Origin: Podarcis gaigeae
Taxonomy: Eukaryota
Assembly (NCBI GenBank): GCA_964106915.2
Contig: OZ066919.1
Length of the DNA stretch: 64,000 nt
Direction: 5' to 3' (one strand)
Shown: in pieces, positions 11,001-23,395 of the stretch
Layout: each line of letters opens with the position of its first letter
How positions within the stretch are numbered: position 1 is the first letter of the stretch
The notes under the pieces: generated by a model
The model's input: only the letters and a program-made list of their open reading frames with translations
Told to the model about the DNA's origin: nothing
Databases searched by the model: none
Position numbers and translations under genes: made by a program

Positions 11001-11447
11001 GAAAGCCAAAAACAGAGGGAATGGAAAAAACCCTGCATTAAAAATAAAAAGGCCCACTGAAATTTATTTAGCTGATGTATTATGAAAATACCTTCCTGGC
11101 TTCCAAGGTGTGCTAGAAAGGTATGCAATGTTCCATCCCCTAATAACGCATGCTGGGAAGGTAGACCCCAAAGCTGTCCCCCTGAGGCACGTGGCATCTG
11201 ATCCTCTCTTCCATTTTCTCTCCTGACTAGAAGGGGGAAGATTACTGGATGGAGTGTGCACTCGGCTGGTTGTTGTATGCAGCGCTTCCCGGCATTTGGT
11301 AGTGGTGGTGGGACATCAGAGTGAAACAGGCAGATGCACACAAGAGGCAATGAGAAAGAAATGAGAGAGTGAGAAAGAGAGAATTGTGATGAACAACCGT
11401 AGGAGAGTGGAGTAATAGGGCTGCCATGGTGCAACTCCGAGGGAGCT
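8075..11447 (-). other. NMNAT2: Probable long NMNAT2 3' UTR (~3.4 kb)
   Basis: Spans the stop codon to the candidate distal poly(A) signal; few recognisable repeats compared with the introns. Confidence 0.6.
8094..8099 (-). terminator. Candidate distal poly(A) signal of NMNAT2
   Basis: Minus strand reads gatgtAATAAAaaaattacactaatgaaatttgtgttg: overlapping TGTA, hexamer, then a GT-rich element. Confidence 0.6.
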
Positions 11448-11550
11448 TTAGCCAGAGGCATTCAGGTACAGCTGACTCTTGAGGATGTAATCAATGACTG
11501 GCTGACACAAGTAATCCACCACATGACCATCACCATGCTGAAGAGCCAGT
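11448..11550 (-). CDS. NMNAT2: NMNAT2 exon 11 ([33 protein letters not shown])
   Basis: Acceptor tctcccacag|A, TAA stop; 103 bp. Near-identical to the recalled human C-terminus. Confidence 0.97.
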
Positions 11551-13011
11551 CTGTGGGAGAAACAGAGGCAGAGGGAGGCGGTCAGTTGAGAAGATGGACA
11601 GCTGCACAGGCTACCCTGCCTATTTGGTTGGATGGAGCATAGTTCCTGAGGCTGGGGGCTTGTAGACTTTGCCAGTGGGAGCACTAATGTGGGGAATGGG
11701 ACTGGAGGAGAGGTAGGTAGGAGAGAAAGCAGATCTGTCCCCTTATCTCAGCCACCCTGCTTATGATATCCAAGACGTCTCTTGAACTAACCCCAGACAG
11801 GTGTCTTCCACTGAACAGAAAAGGAAAGGGGAGTTTTCAAGGCCCATTTTCTTTTCTTTACACAAATAAGAGCTGGTCTATACAAACAGCAGTTCCAAGG
11901 TTAAACTGCATTCAAACACGCAGCCCAACACTATGCAATCTTTAGTCTCAGAACAGTTTACAAAACGGTCTGTGCTAAGATTTCTTTGACACTCATGGAA
12001 ATAAACATGGAAAAGTCAGATAATATTCTACTACTAGAGTTCTGACAAATTATTTCATTTGCCCATGCCATTGAAAGGGCTGCAGAATTCTGCAAAAATT
12101 ACCATGCTGGATTTCTCAACAGAACTTTCAATTCTGTAATCTGCTAATTAGTTTGGCTGCATATTCTAGGGCAGTTAAGGTTGCAAAACTGCAGAGCGTG
12201 ACTCTTCTCTTCATGGCTCCACAGCCTCTCCTATCTGGATAGTGTCACCCACTCTCCAGCAAACAGAGCTCCTGTGGGTTTGCAGCAAGCTAGAGAGGGG
12301 GTGAGGATAGGATTGTAAGAAGAGCAAAGTGAAGAAGGTTAAAGAATCTCAGGTTAAAGAATCACAATCTCAGGGTCATGTAAGCCTGGTCAAACTGGTC
12401 TGTCATGATTTGCTCTGAATCTCTGTGAAGCTTCATACAAAATATGGGACATGCAGGTCATGTCTTGATCACATGTCAGCAAGTCAGAATATGAGCTAAA
12501 CTAAGAGAGAGTTGTCATTATCTGGGTGAAATCTTAAAATGAAGTCCTATATACATGACATAAAGTTCAAGAATACAATGTGGGATAGGGAGTATTCAAG
12601 TTGTATGGTGAAGTGTGTAAAAGAAATAAGCTAAAGATTGTTACTTTGTTCCATATCTTTACTCTTTTCACCCAGATGCTTACAAATACATTCTATAGCA
12701 TATAGCATATAGCTAAAGAAATAATGCAAGGGTACCATGAGGTCACTAATGTGAGAGACAACAATCCAGCACAATTAGCTCCAGATCTGTCCATTGCTTT
12801 GAAGAACTCCCTGGACATCAGATGGAAAGATGGTTTTCCACTGGTGTTCCACTGTGAAAGCTTTGACTTGGACTGACTGGAAAAGGTCCAAGACTCACTT
12901 CAATCTGAAGATTACAGGACTGGTCATCCCCTTTTAAGGAAAGTGTAAGCTCAGGTGCCAAAAGTCACTGTTGACTGATAATTATGTCCCCTGTTGTAGT
13001 TGAAGTCTTGC

Positions 13012-13370
13012 GGCACTGTGGTCTAAACCACTGAGCCTCTTGGACTTGCTGATCAGAAGGTCGGCGGTTTGAATTCCCGCTACGGGGTGAGCTCCCATTG
13101 CTCTGTCCCAGCTCCTGCCAGCCTAGCAGTTCAAAAGAATACCAGTGCGAGTAAATAAATAGGTGCCACTGTGGCGGGAAGGTAAACAGTGTTTCCATGC
13201 GCTCTGGCTTCCGTCACAGTGTCCAATTGCACCAGAAGCGGTTTAGTCATGACTCGGAATGCTGTCTGTGGACAAATGCTGGCTCCCTCCGCCTGAAAGC
13301 AAGACGAGCGCTGCAACCCCATAGTCGCCTTTGACTGGACTTAACCATTGGTCCTTTACCTTTTTTACCT
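13012..13370 (+). mobile_element. Sauria SINE, near full length
   Basis: 12-bp TSD ttgaagtcttgc at 13000-13011 and 13371-13382; B-box-like gtttgaattcc; ACCTTT tail. Confidence 0.9.
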
Positions 13371-13850
13371 TTGAAGTCTTGCAGGCATTTGTTTTGAATT
13401 GTGTGGTAGTCTTGAATTATTTGTATTGCCCTTATAATTAATATAATTGAATTATATCTTTATCTCATGTGGTCTAGATTCTATTTTCCGATTACCTTAA
13501 CAACATAACCCTGGTAAACCTTCACACTGACCTCTCTCTCTGTGTGTAATATGGATTGTCATGTTAGCAACTGACATAGCAGCCGAGAAAGAGGAGGAAT
13601 GGACTGCTCAGGAACATTCATGGTCAACGGGGTACTTTACATCAAAGACTGCAGTCCCTGTTGAGGAATGGAGGAGGTGAGGAAGAGGGAAAACCAATCC
13701 TTAGCCACCATTTTCTGAACTGCTAGTAAACATTGTTGGCTCTGCAATCAAACACCTGCAGAAATATTTGTTGGCAGAAACCAAAAGGCTCCCAACAGTC
13801 TGAGCAACATTTTTGCCCTTCCCCCACCCAGAGTCCCTTTCTTGACGCAC

Positions 13851-13918
13851 CTGCTCTTAGTTGAACTGACAATGGCCATGGGGTGGTTCACATCATCTTT
13901 CACAACCAGGATATTGTT
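13851..13918 (-). CDS. NMNAT2: NMNAT2 exon 10 (NNILVVKDDVNHPMAIVSSTKSR)
   Basis: Acceptor ctccacag|AAC and donor CAG|gtgcgt; 68 bp; contains the SST(K) motif. Confidence 0.97.
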
Positions 13919-14413
13919 CTGTGGAGGAAACATAGAAAGAACATTGACAGGAGCCCTTTCCCACAAGATGATCAGGTGATGCTCTGCCCTAAAATGTTCA
14001 TCTCTGTCTGAGGTGAGCACGAAGGCAAGACCTTTTCCATTTTGGCATCCCCACAGTAGAAATTATTTTAAATAAAGACAATTTTAATTAAGAAACAAAT
14101 TGCGCCGAGGCAGGAGACAAAAGTTAAACAGTATCCTTAGCAAATTCACTTTAGTTCTTCTTGCTGGGCTAACTCAGGACAGGCAATTCTCACACCTGAT
14201 TGTTGAAAGTAGAGGTGCTTCCAGGAATTGGCAGAGCTGAAGGGAGCTCACACGCTTAATCAGTAGTCTGACTCAAGAGATGTCCCAGATGAGACAGAAA
14301 GGCAAGCAGGCTTCAGTCAATGAAGGCAAGTAAAAAATGAATACTCCAGGAGAGGTATTATGAACTCCTTGAAAAACATTGATTTATCAATGCATATTTA
14401 CAAAAGGACTTAC

Positions 14414-14515
14414 TTTGTACTTCCGGAGTATTGAGGAGTGGTTCATGATCCGGTCTGTGTCAGTTCCATCTCGTGGCACAACAACAATGCCAAAGTCCCC
14501 AACTATCACCTCCAT
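14414..14515 (-). CDS. NMNAT2: NMNAT2 exon 9 ([34 protein letters not shown])
   Basis: Acceptor caacag|ATG and donor AAA|gtaagt; 102 bp. Confidence 0.97.
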
Positions 14516-14639
14516 CTGTTGTGAAGCAAAAGGAACATGCATTACAACTGTGGAGTGAGTGGGGTGTGGGGGTGGGGAATCATGTTTATATTCCTGAAAA
14601 CTTGAATAATCTCTTGGGTTCCTGATTTGCAACTAGAGA

Positions 14640-14850
14640 CAAGCACCATCTCTATTGCATTTTCAGCACTTGTGGAAGACCTCCCTCTTTCAACAAGCCT
14701 TCTAATTTGTTGTTGTTGTTTTTATTCCAGTCAGTATCTGTACTGGATTTGAAATTGCTTTTATATATGCAACTGTTTTAAATGTGTTTTTATTGTATTT
14801 TGAAATCACTTTGGGATGCTTCATAGGAAGTGATTCATAAACGAAATTAA
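14640..14850 (+). mobile_element. Degraded L2-like 3' end
   Basis: ctctttcaacaagcctt followed by a T-rich body and an L2-like terminal stem. Confidence 0.45.
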
Positions 14851-15044
14851 TCAGCATAACCTCCACCTTGCCAGGGGCGTGTGAGACGTCAGTGTGAAAA
14901 ATCCTGGCTTTTATATACCAAAGGCAGCACTCAGAAGAGAAAGCACTGGCGTTGCACTACTCAGCAACAGACACTGTTACAGCATGCTGAGCATGTGTGA
15001 AATTACAGGCACCCGTGGGTGACAGGCAGTATGTACAGTGGGTG

Positions 15045-15190
15045 CAGTGCTTTTTCTGGGGGGGCGCAGGGGTACGCACACCCCTACACATTTTGTGAAT
15101 CTAAGTGTGGCCTCATTGAGGGGCAGTATTTCAATATGAGTAGGAAAATGAAAGTACTCCTAAACATTTTTTTAAATAAAAAAAGCACTG
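15045..15190. mobile_element. hAT MITE (146 bp)
   Basis: TIR CAGTGCTTTTT/AAAAAGCACTG; perfect 8-bp TSD agtgggtg at 15037-15044 and 15191-15198. Confidence 0.92.
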
Positions 15191-16988
15191 AGTGGGTGCA
15201 GCCCAAATTCAGGTTCTGCTTTATTTATTCAGGTTCTGCTGGATCAGGAAAGGCTGAAAGAGGAAGGAATGGCTTTGATTGGCACATTAATGCTAGAGGT
15301 AACCCTGGTCTGTAATCTGTTTCCAGAAAATAGAGCAGCAAGGCAAGTGAGCAGAATTTCCTTAAGGAAACTGAGTTTTTCTCAAAAAGAGGGACTCTTT
15401 CCCCTTATCACTCTAACAGGCTTATCCCTGAGCTTTAATCTTGCTTCCTGTCTTCAGACACTCCTCTAAGAGAAACCAGACCTGCTTTGCCTCAGCGTTT
15501 TTTTCCTTGCTCTCTTTGTCTTCCAATCCTGGGAAACCTCTGCCCTCCAGGAATACAAGCCTCCGACTTCCTATGCTTCCTAGCATAGCAGGCTGTGAAT
15601 ACATATGCGAAAGGGAGAGGGAAACCCAAAAAGACAAAAAGCATGTCTCTGTCTCTCCATCTCGTAGGGCGTTTGCATGCAAAGGGAAGGGGCGAAAGTT
15701 GGGGGCTCAGTCAGGATTGGAAAGGAAAAGGGGGGTTGCCAATGATGAAAACCCCCATTCCCTCGTAAGAAAGAAATGTGCAGGGGACAGCCCCCTCCCC
15801 CCTCCCCAGCCCAAAGCGTTGTGCTCCAGCTGCCTGGAGCCTGCCTGCTCAATGCCCTCAAGCCACTCCAGGCTGTTATCTCACTGGGGCAGTGAAGGGA
15901 ATCAAGATGGGAAGAGACTGGACTTAGCCTGGAATGCATCCATCCTCTGGGTCCAATGTCCTCTACTACCCCCACAACCTTGGGAAGCAGCCTTGCTCTT
16001 TGCTTATCAAAAGAAGTGTAATGAAAGGCAAAATAACTTAAAAGGAAATAGAGATTTCTCTCTCTCGCCAGCTTTGAGGTTGGCACACTAACTATGGTCT
16101 CCTGTGACTTTTCCCAGATCCTCTCTTGTTCTTATTATTTGTCCTTCCAAGCAGCACCTGATTTTAGGTGTCAAAATTGTTTGGGGTGTTGGGGGAGGGG
16201 TAGTACCTGTGCGGGGGGGGGGGACACATTGTGCTCCTTCTGGGGTGGTTTGTTCACCCTGCACTCAGCTCTCACCTGTGTGGCTCCTAGAAGCTGTCAG
16301 CTTGCAACTGTGGACACAGCTGAGGGTGGAGGATGGGTCTCAAACCCATCACAAACCCTCGGTGTGTTAGCAACTTCCCCGGCATGTGAAGACAGGCTGT
16401 GGCAGATTAAGCAAGTGGGGTCCAGCAGTCAAGAAGGTGGTTTCTGCAGTGCTGCAGAGGGAAGTGAGGGGCAGGTGGGGTTGACAGACTTGTGCGCCTC
16501 CTTCTGGCAACTCCTGTCAGCCAAGCTGGTGCCAAACGTCTTGCTCCGCTTTCCTTTGGCCCACATCAGCAAGGCTGAGAGAGTGGTCTTGTCATTTGGG
16601 CATCCCAGGACCACCGCACACACTGCCCAAGCTTGCAGGTCACTTGGGTGCTGCTAATGCAGCAGGTGGACTTCACCTCTGGAGGCGCACAAATGGATGC
16701 CAACAGCATTGCTATTGCCAGTGAGAGGGGCTTACAGATTTCATGACTGATGCCCCTAACAACTTGACAACTTTGGGTATTATGCATTTTGACTGAGGGG
16801 TGGGGGTAGGGAATGACAGCATTTGCTGTCCTAGCTAGATGTGTTGGGTGGCCTGTGCAACTGAGCACTCCTCCACACTCCCTTTTTATTGTGTATTTAT
16901 GCTCATGATGCTATTTGGGTGGTCACAGGAGACCCCACTTTTTTGCCTGCAAACGTTTTGGGGCTCTCACACAGCTTGATTATTGCAA

Positions 16989-17049
<61 letters not shown>

Positions 17050-17178
17050 GGATTTATATACCACCCTATACCCGAGGGTCTCAGGGCAGTTCACAAAATA
17101 AAATCAAGATATAAAACCACAAAATACCAAATAAAAATAAAACAACCCAATAGCCCCCCCCCAAAAAAAACATTTTAA
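16989..17178 (-). repeat. (ATT)~20 microsatellite forming the tail of a reverse L2-like 3' end
   Basis: Pure ATT run at 16989-17048 followed by gatttatataccaccctatacccgagggtctcagggcagttcac. Confidence 0.8.
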
Positions 17179-18380
17179 TTAGTGCATAGCTTGTAACGTA
17201 TTGTTGAAATCCTGTAACTTTATAATACCACATACATTCTGGTTTATTTTTGCTCTGCCTTTGTTGCAGGGCGGTCCCTTCAGATAGTAATAATGTGGAA
17301 GCACTGGGGAAGCATTGCAGAACAAACTAAAACAGAATAAATTCACCATTATTGTCCCAGGAACATGTGGCAGAATACCCTCATGATAAAGCACCAGGCT
17401 GGAGGGCCCTGAATGTGGATCTCAGAGGTATTCCGAGCTCCTTTCAGACCGCCAGGGGTTGAGTCTAGCCCTCCCTGTGAAGCACAAGGGTTCTGCTGTG
17501 GCTATTATTAAGCTCGCAGCAACAGGCTGACTTCAGTTTTTAAATAATCCTTATTTCTTGCAGTGTCACGGAAACATTTCTAGCCATATTAGGGTCTGTA
17601 AGGCTCTATTGGCCCATAGGCTAAATTTAGGGCTAAAATTCTGTGAACCTCTCTTTTTCAATGCAGCAGTTTGTGATGGAGCCTTTCAAAACCACCCACA
17701 TGTACACTCTTGTGATCAACAGCCTTGCTGAGTGGCAGAACCACCTAGTCTCACGCTGTGAAAGAGGCACGGAAAGAAGCCCAAGGTGAAGAGAGAAGAG
17801 TCCTCAAGAATGGTCCATAAAGCAAAACTGATTATACTTAGACTGCAACCTTCTTGGGACTGGGGCATCACATGCCCCCCCCCCCATCTTACTCTGTGCC
17901 TTGCTTGGAGATAGTTCAAAATGAACAATAAATCTGAGTACACATGGCTTCCTGTGCTATGAGGCAGCAGGTGCTGTGTGCTTGCCATTTAATGAGATTC
18001 ATGACCTTGCTGTGCATCTGCACAACTCCAGTGAGATTTGAAGCGGCACCCTGGTTTGCAAGACAAGCTGTCCAAGAGGAGTACCCCCCCTTGCATTCGT
18101 ACCCCCCCCCCCCGCATTCAGCCCCTCTGCCTTTGTTGGAGCTAGCTGTGGAGATGCCATGCACACTGGAGTGAAACGTAGAAGCAAACAGATGGTCTGT
18201 GATTTCCCACCACCTAAGAAACTAAAAGCAAGAATCCTAGGTGAGAACATGATGATGAATGAATGGCCACTGGTATGTGTGAAAATGGAGCGAGTGAATG
18301 ATCAGGAGGCAGGCAGTGGGGAGAAAACCCCACAATAACAACAGAGCACAGCTTCACCCATGTTTCCAGTAACAACTCAC

Positions 18381-18457
18381 GTCAGCTTCATTCCATAGGC
18401 CTGGAATGCAGAAGGACTCCAGCAAGTCACTTCCACACAGCAGCAAGATTCGGAGCT
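18381..18457 (-). CDS. NMNAT2: NMNAT2 exon 8 ([26 protein letters not shown])
   Basis: Acceptor tttctccag|AG and donor GAC|gtgagt; 77 bp; contains the CGSDLLESF motif. Confidence 0.97.
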
Positions 18458-19939
18458 CTGGAGAAAAAGGTACACAGATATTCAGATACACAGACTCAAA
18501 GGCCTGGAAAGGGAGAGAGAGGGGCCTGAAGAAGGGAGCCAAAAAGAGGCTTCGACACAAAGTTGTGGCTTGGATTCTGTTTTCAGAAGTGGGCTACTGC
18601 TTGCAAGTTATCTACTACTCATGCACACATGTAAAAATGTCTTGTATGAACACAGTGTTGCCATATCTGTCTCTTGGACCATTTTGTGAACTACTTCTGG
18701 AGTGATGCAGGGAGCAAGTGTTTGGCAAAGCCGGCTGGGCATATTGCCCACTTCAGGAAGGATGTATTTTGCTTGGACAGAAATTACTTCCAGGCCCATT
18801 TATGGAACAAAAGAAGTATTCCTACTGAAAGTTCGCCTCAGCTCAAGAGAGAAACATATTTCCTGAAATGTTCCCTACAGCTTCAAATTGATAAAACATG
18901 CAAGAGTTCTTTTGTGTAGCATGCTATGCTGTTAAAAACTGCAGTATCCATTTTGTATAATTGTATACTAAAATTATTTAAAACTAAAGGATAACTGTTT
19001 ACAAAGTGCTTTGAGATCATGAGTTATTGAAACTACCATAACCATTCTCTGAAAATAATGAAGAATCAAAATTAGTCACTACTTAACCAGGGACTCCTGT
19101 GGGAATGTCCTATAATGCAAGCCACATCCGAGTTCATTTTATTTTTGCACCAAGTAGCTAGTACTTAATCATGAGTTTTCGCTTCTTTGACTAAATCAGC
19201 ATGATTCTGATTATATCTGTTCCCAGGCCCTGAACTGGATCATCGTGGAAAAAGAATCTTTGGAATTTAAAGCAAATGTAACCCTTCCTCTTCCAGGGCT
19301 TGATGAGAACGGAAATTTCTCCCTCCACGTTGCCAATTTAGCCACCAGAGCAAAACAATAAGACTTAAGACTCCTGTTACTCTGGGTCTTCCAAATTATG
19401 TCTCTGTGGGATTTTCTATGGCAACCTGTAGCTATTAGGAATCAATGCCAAATTCTGTGAACAGTTCAAAACTCAAGAGCTACACCCATGAATGTTGTCA
19501 GTCATTTTAAGGCAATTACCAGCATTCTCCAGTATTTGTTCAAAAAGTAGGGGAATGCACATTTATTTTCAGTAATTCATGAAATTAATCTGGGATTGTC
19601 AATGCACATTGTGCAGACCATCAGCAGCAGGTGGCCAGCCCAGGACATTTTGATGCCTGAGGGACAAGATTCCACCGCCAGTTCTATAGACAGAATCTGA
19701 CTGGACCAGCAGTTGAATCCGACTTCAACACTGACAACAGGACAGCCGTCTATCTTAGGGGACTCAGGGGGAAAGGTGGGTGGCTAGTACTGTTACTGCA
19801 CCCTGTATTACCACAAACCATCTGAGGCAGCTGCCTCAGCCTTACTAATAGCAGGGTCGGCTTGCAGAATTACACCCAGCGCCACTTGTCTGTTGCGCTT
19901 GGTGTTCCTGTGCTGTCTAATCTGATGTGAATTCTCTCA

Positions 19940-20183
19940 TGCATTTGGCTGCTCCAAGGAGGCTCACCTGGTCCCTTGGTGACATATCTTTCACTGTCAG
20001 GCAAAAACATTCTGCTTCTCTCAGGCCTTTAGTTAATTAAATAATCTATGGCCTTTTAAACAGTGGGGGGGGTGTTGTTTTTGTTTGTTATTATGGTATG
20101 TATTTTTGTGTTTTTACATTGTAAACTGCCCTCTGATCTTCAGATGATGGGTGATATAGAAATTTAATAAATAATAATAATAA
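19940..20183 (+). mobile_element. L2-like 3' end with (AAT)n tail
   Basis: tgtaaactgccctctgatcttcagatgatgggtgatatagaaat followed by (aat)n. Confidence 0.6.
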
Positions 20184-20828
20184 TTTTATCTAAGTTCAGT
20201 TGTACGCAGTTAATTTGGTATTAAGAGCGTTTGCACAATTTGACTGAGTTGAAGAACATGCTGTTCAAGGAGGGCCCTTTCTAATTCCCCCCCCCCAATA
20301 TAATGGGTGGAATTCAACGCTGTGCTAATAGATGTTATGATGGTGATAGCCTAACAGCTTGCCAGGAGGAACACGACCCGCCTCCTCTCCCCTGGGCGCT
20401 TCTCTGGGGGTTCTTCCAAGCCCCCTTCCGAGTCCCAGTTCACAAGCAGAAGCCCTTCTGCAGGGCTCACACTGGGGGGTTCCTTAGGTGAACCATGCCT
20501 GATGCATTTTTTGTATATCATTTCCATTAATATGTGCATTTTTTGTACATTATTTCTACAGATACGGGCATTTTGTACACATTATTTAAATAAAGAACTG
20601 CACTGAAACAATGAGAGAACTGTGGAATTTGAAGGATAAGTGGAAATTAGAAAAGCCCACATTCAAGTGGGAACAGAAGAAATTTATCCCCCATTCTTAT
20701 TCTCAAATCACAAGCAGTTTTATCCTTGAGTATCTTCATCACTTGGCTTCACCCTGCTGGTGAAGAGAGCAGCCCCCCCCCCACTTGGAAATGGTACCCA
20801 TTTTGGCCCATGGATAATGTTTACTTAC

Positions 20829-20873
20829 CAATCTCTTCATATCTCATCACTGTTCCCAAATTTGCGTTTTCAT
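20829..20873 (-). CDS. NMNAT2: NMNAT2 exon 7 (DENANLGTVMRYEEI)
   Basis: Read by hand, not in the ORF track. Acceptor tctctag|AT and donor TTG|gtaagt; 45 bp. Confidence 0.95.
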
Positions 20874-20973
20874 CTAGAGAAACAAACAAAAGAAAAAAAT
20901 ATGTGTCAGGGTGAAGATTTCACAGAAGACCAGCAAGAAGGGAGATTCTGTCCATGAATTCAGAGCACTGATT

Positions 20974-21052
20974 AGAATCACAGACCCACAGAGCTGGAAG
21001 GGACCCGAGGGTCATCTAGTCCAACCTCCTGCAATGCAGGAATCTCAACTCA
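20974..21052 (-). mobile_element. Short CR1-type 3' tail fragment
   Basis: agagctggaagggacccgagggtcatctagtccaacc; a similar fragment lies at 24208-24290. Confidence 0.6.
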
Positions 21053-21460
21053 AGCAAGTTTGTTTAGAACAACCTTAATTAAAGCAAGGTTGTTTAGAGT
21101 AACTATTCTGATTTGTTTGAATGTTTTGAAGCATATAAAGGGAATTTCATCTATCTTGAGCAAAATTTCAACCAGTGTGTAGATGTTCAACCAGATGCTC
21201 AAGCACCAGGACAGGTTGTATGACTTCCAGGAAAGATCTCTAGTCTAAAATCAGGAATGTGCTGTGACAGGCACTGCCATTACCACAAAAGGCTCTTGTC
21301 ATCTGCTGCACTTTGGTGCAAACCCGCTCACTGCTATGTTGATTGGGGGGGGGGGCGGGCAGGATGAAGAACAGAGCTGGGTGAAATGAGAACCAGGCAA
21401 GAATAATATATTTCTCAATAACAGGTCACAACTGTAATCGGTTGCATTTCTGGAACATAC

Positions 21461-21541
21461 CCACAAAGGTGAAACGCTCCATCGGTGGACGAACACAGCA
21501 AATCCTGCTCAGGCTTTCGCCCACCTTCCCCAAAAACTTTG
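21461..21541 (-). CDS. NMNAT2: NMNAT2 exon 6 ([27 protein letters not shown]), with the di-cysteine palmitoylation motif
   Basis: Read by hand. Acceptor cttttttcag-type tract before CA, donor TGG|gtatgt; 81 bp. TGC TGT at 21500-21495. Confidence 0.96.
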
Positions 21542-23268
21542 CTGAAAAAGGCAAGGAGGGAAATCAGACAGAAAGAGAGAGAGAGCTCAGCAGCTAATAC
21601 AGGGCGACAGCAGACTTGTGATTCAAAAGGAAACAATATTTGCCTCAATTCAACGGCTTTATCACCTTTGGAAACAACCAGTTTTTTTGCACCTTTTCAA
21701 ACCTTTGAAATCACTGTTTGTCTATGAGGGTTTTAGCCAAACTTAGTTTTTTTTCATCGCCACATTTCTTTCCTTGCACTGTATCACAGAGTGAAAAATG
21801 CTTATTACATTTGAGTAAAAAAGAGCAGAATGAGGTTTAAGCCTGAGTAACTGCAGATATGCAATGTTGCTGCTTTGCAACCCAGTCCTCTCCTGGAAAG
21901 CAAATTACACTGATTTAAGCAAAAGTTACTTCTACATAAAGTCCACACTGGATTCCAGGCTGATGAACAAACTACATGCTTCACATAAAATATATAGAAC
22001 TAAAACCTAGTAAGTGTTTTTCTTTTTTAAATGAAGAATGAAGAACAACCTTCATAAGCTGAGGAATGGCTGTATGTGTATATGTAGCTGAAGAAAAGAT
22101 CTATATTGAAAATAAAATAAAACAAAACAAAATACCTTTAATTGAGAATTGCCCTCTTGGCTTGAATTGTAGAGACAGCAGAAAATGACAGGCTAATGAT
22201 GTGGTTTTGGCTACAGGATGAGCTGGCTGAGCAAAACAAATATCTAGTTCTTGAGGCAAAATGAGAAGCATAAACAATGGCAATTAAATTATGGATGGGA
22301 AATGCCCATTTACAAGAAGGGAATGTCAGACATGGATTGAGATATGGGCAAGTGTCCACGCATTGGTCATGTAGGGAGTATGCAGAAGACTGCCTGATCA
22401 CAGGGCGCATGCCCAGAGATGGGGTGATATATACAAAGTGCCTTAAAAGATCATGCATGCTATGAGAGAGAATGCTACGACTGGATGTTTTGAATCTTTC
22501 TGTGGGTTTATGAAGTTATAATTGTTTGCTTTCTCATGTATTTGTATGGTTTGTGCTACTTGCATCCCACCTGAGCACGCAATAAATTGTTTTCTCCTCC
22601 AAGTGTGCCTCTTCTCTGGGGCCCAGCCATTGAAAGGACACATTTCCATGCCCCTTTCTCCACCAGTCCTTTTCCTGAACAAAATTGCTCTCAGAAATTC
22701 CTCTCCGAAGTTCCTGGGATCCCAGCTACAAGGCTACATGGAGGATTGTGCATTTGGAACTCTGCAGGGTGGAAAGCAGCTGGGGAGCAGAAAAATGGCT
22801 GGTGGGAAATAGCTAAGCATCCCTCCAGCTTGTTGCTCATTTACTCAAAACCCCAATCTCCCATGCCTCCTCTTTCATTAAAAAAATATGCTGGGACTTT
22901 TCTACATACATTTGCAAGCAATGTAGAGTCTTATCCTATGCATGTTTACTCATAGGTAAGTCCTAAATTCAACAGGATTAACTTCTCAGTAAATTGTGTG
23001 TAGCATTGTAGCCTTCGTTTATTTTGTATAGACATCATTTGAATTAATAATCTAATTTTAGACCCTGATTCAAAGCTGCGTGCAACTAGTATTGAGCAAC
23101 TGCAGGCGACCCAAGAGAGCTCGTCCACACTTACTTGTCCCGTGCCTAAAGAGCACAGATCCAAGAGCTTTCTAGGCATTAGTCTGAGCAGTTTCCCATT
23201 TCCCTTGCTGGTTCCCCCAGAAATTGGAGCACCTCCAGAGAACTTGGCTGCCTTCTGCTGGAACCTAC

Positions 23269-23395
23269 CTGCGGTGGGCTTGTTCGAGAGGTTGCTGTTC
23301 TGATAGATAGGCTGTGGGGACTCGTTCTGAGGCTGCCCAATCACTGGGGTCAAGGAAGGTGTGTTCACGTTGGAGAGGATGCAACCAGTCACTCG
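23269..23395 (-). CDS. NMNAT2: NMNAT2 exon 5 ([42 protein letters not shown])
   Basis: Acceptor tttcttctag|CGA and donor CAG|gtaggt; 127 bp. Confidence 0.96.

Noticed and set aside
15441-16657. Long ORFs 15441-16091, 15580-16086 and 16094-16657
   Set aside because: No recognisable domain or splice structure; chance ORFs in NMNAT2 intron 8.
16903-17178. Poly-Asn and poly-Ile ORFs
   Set aside because: Translations of the (ATT)n microsatellite.
21198-21216. REST/RE1-like site tcaagcaccaggacagg
   Set aside because: Half-site spacing is one base short of canonical and the left half is imperfect.
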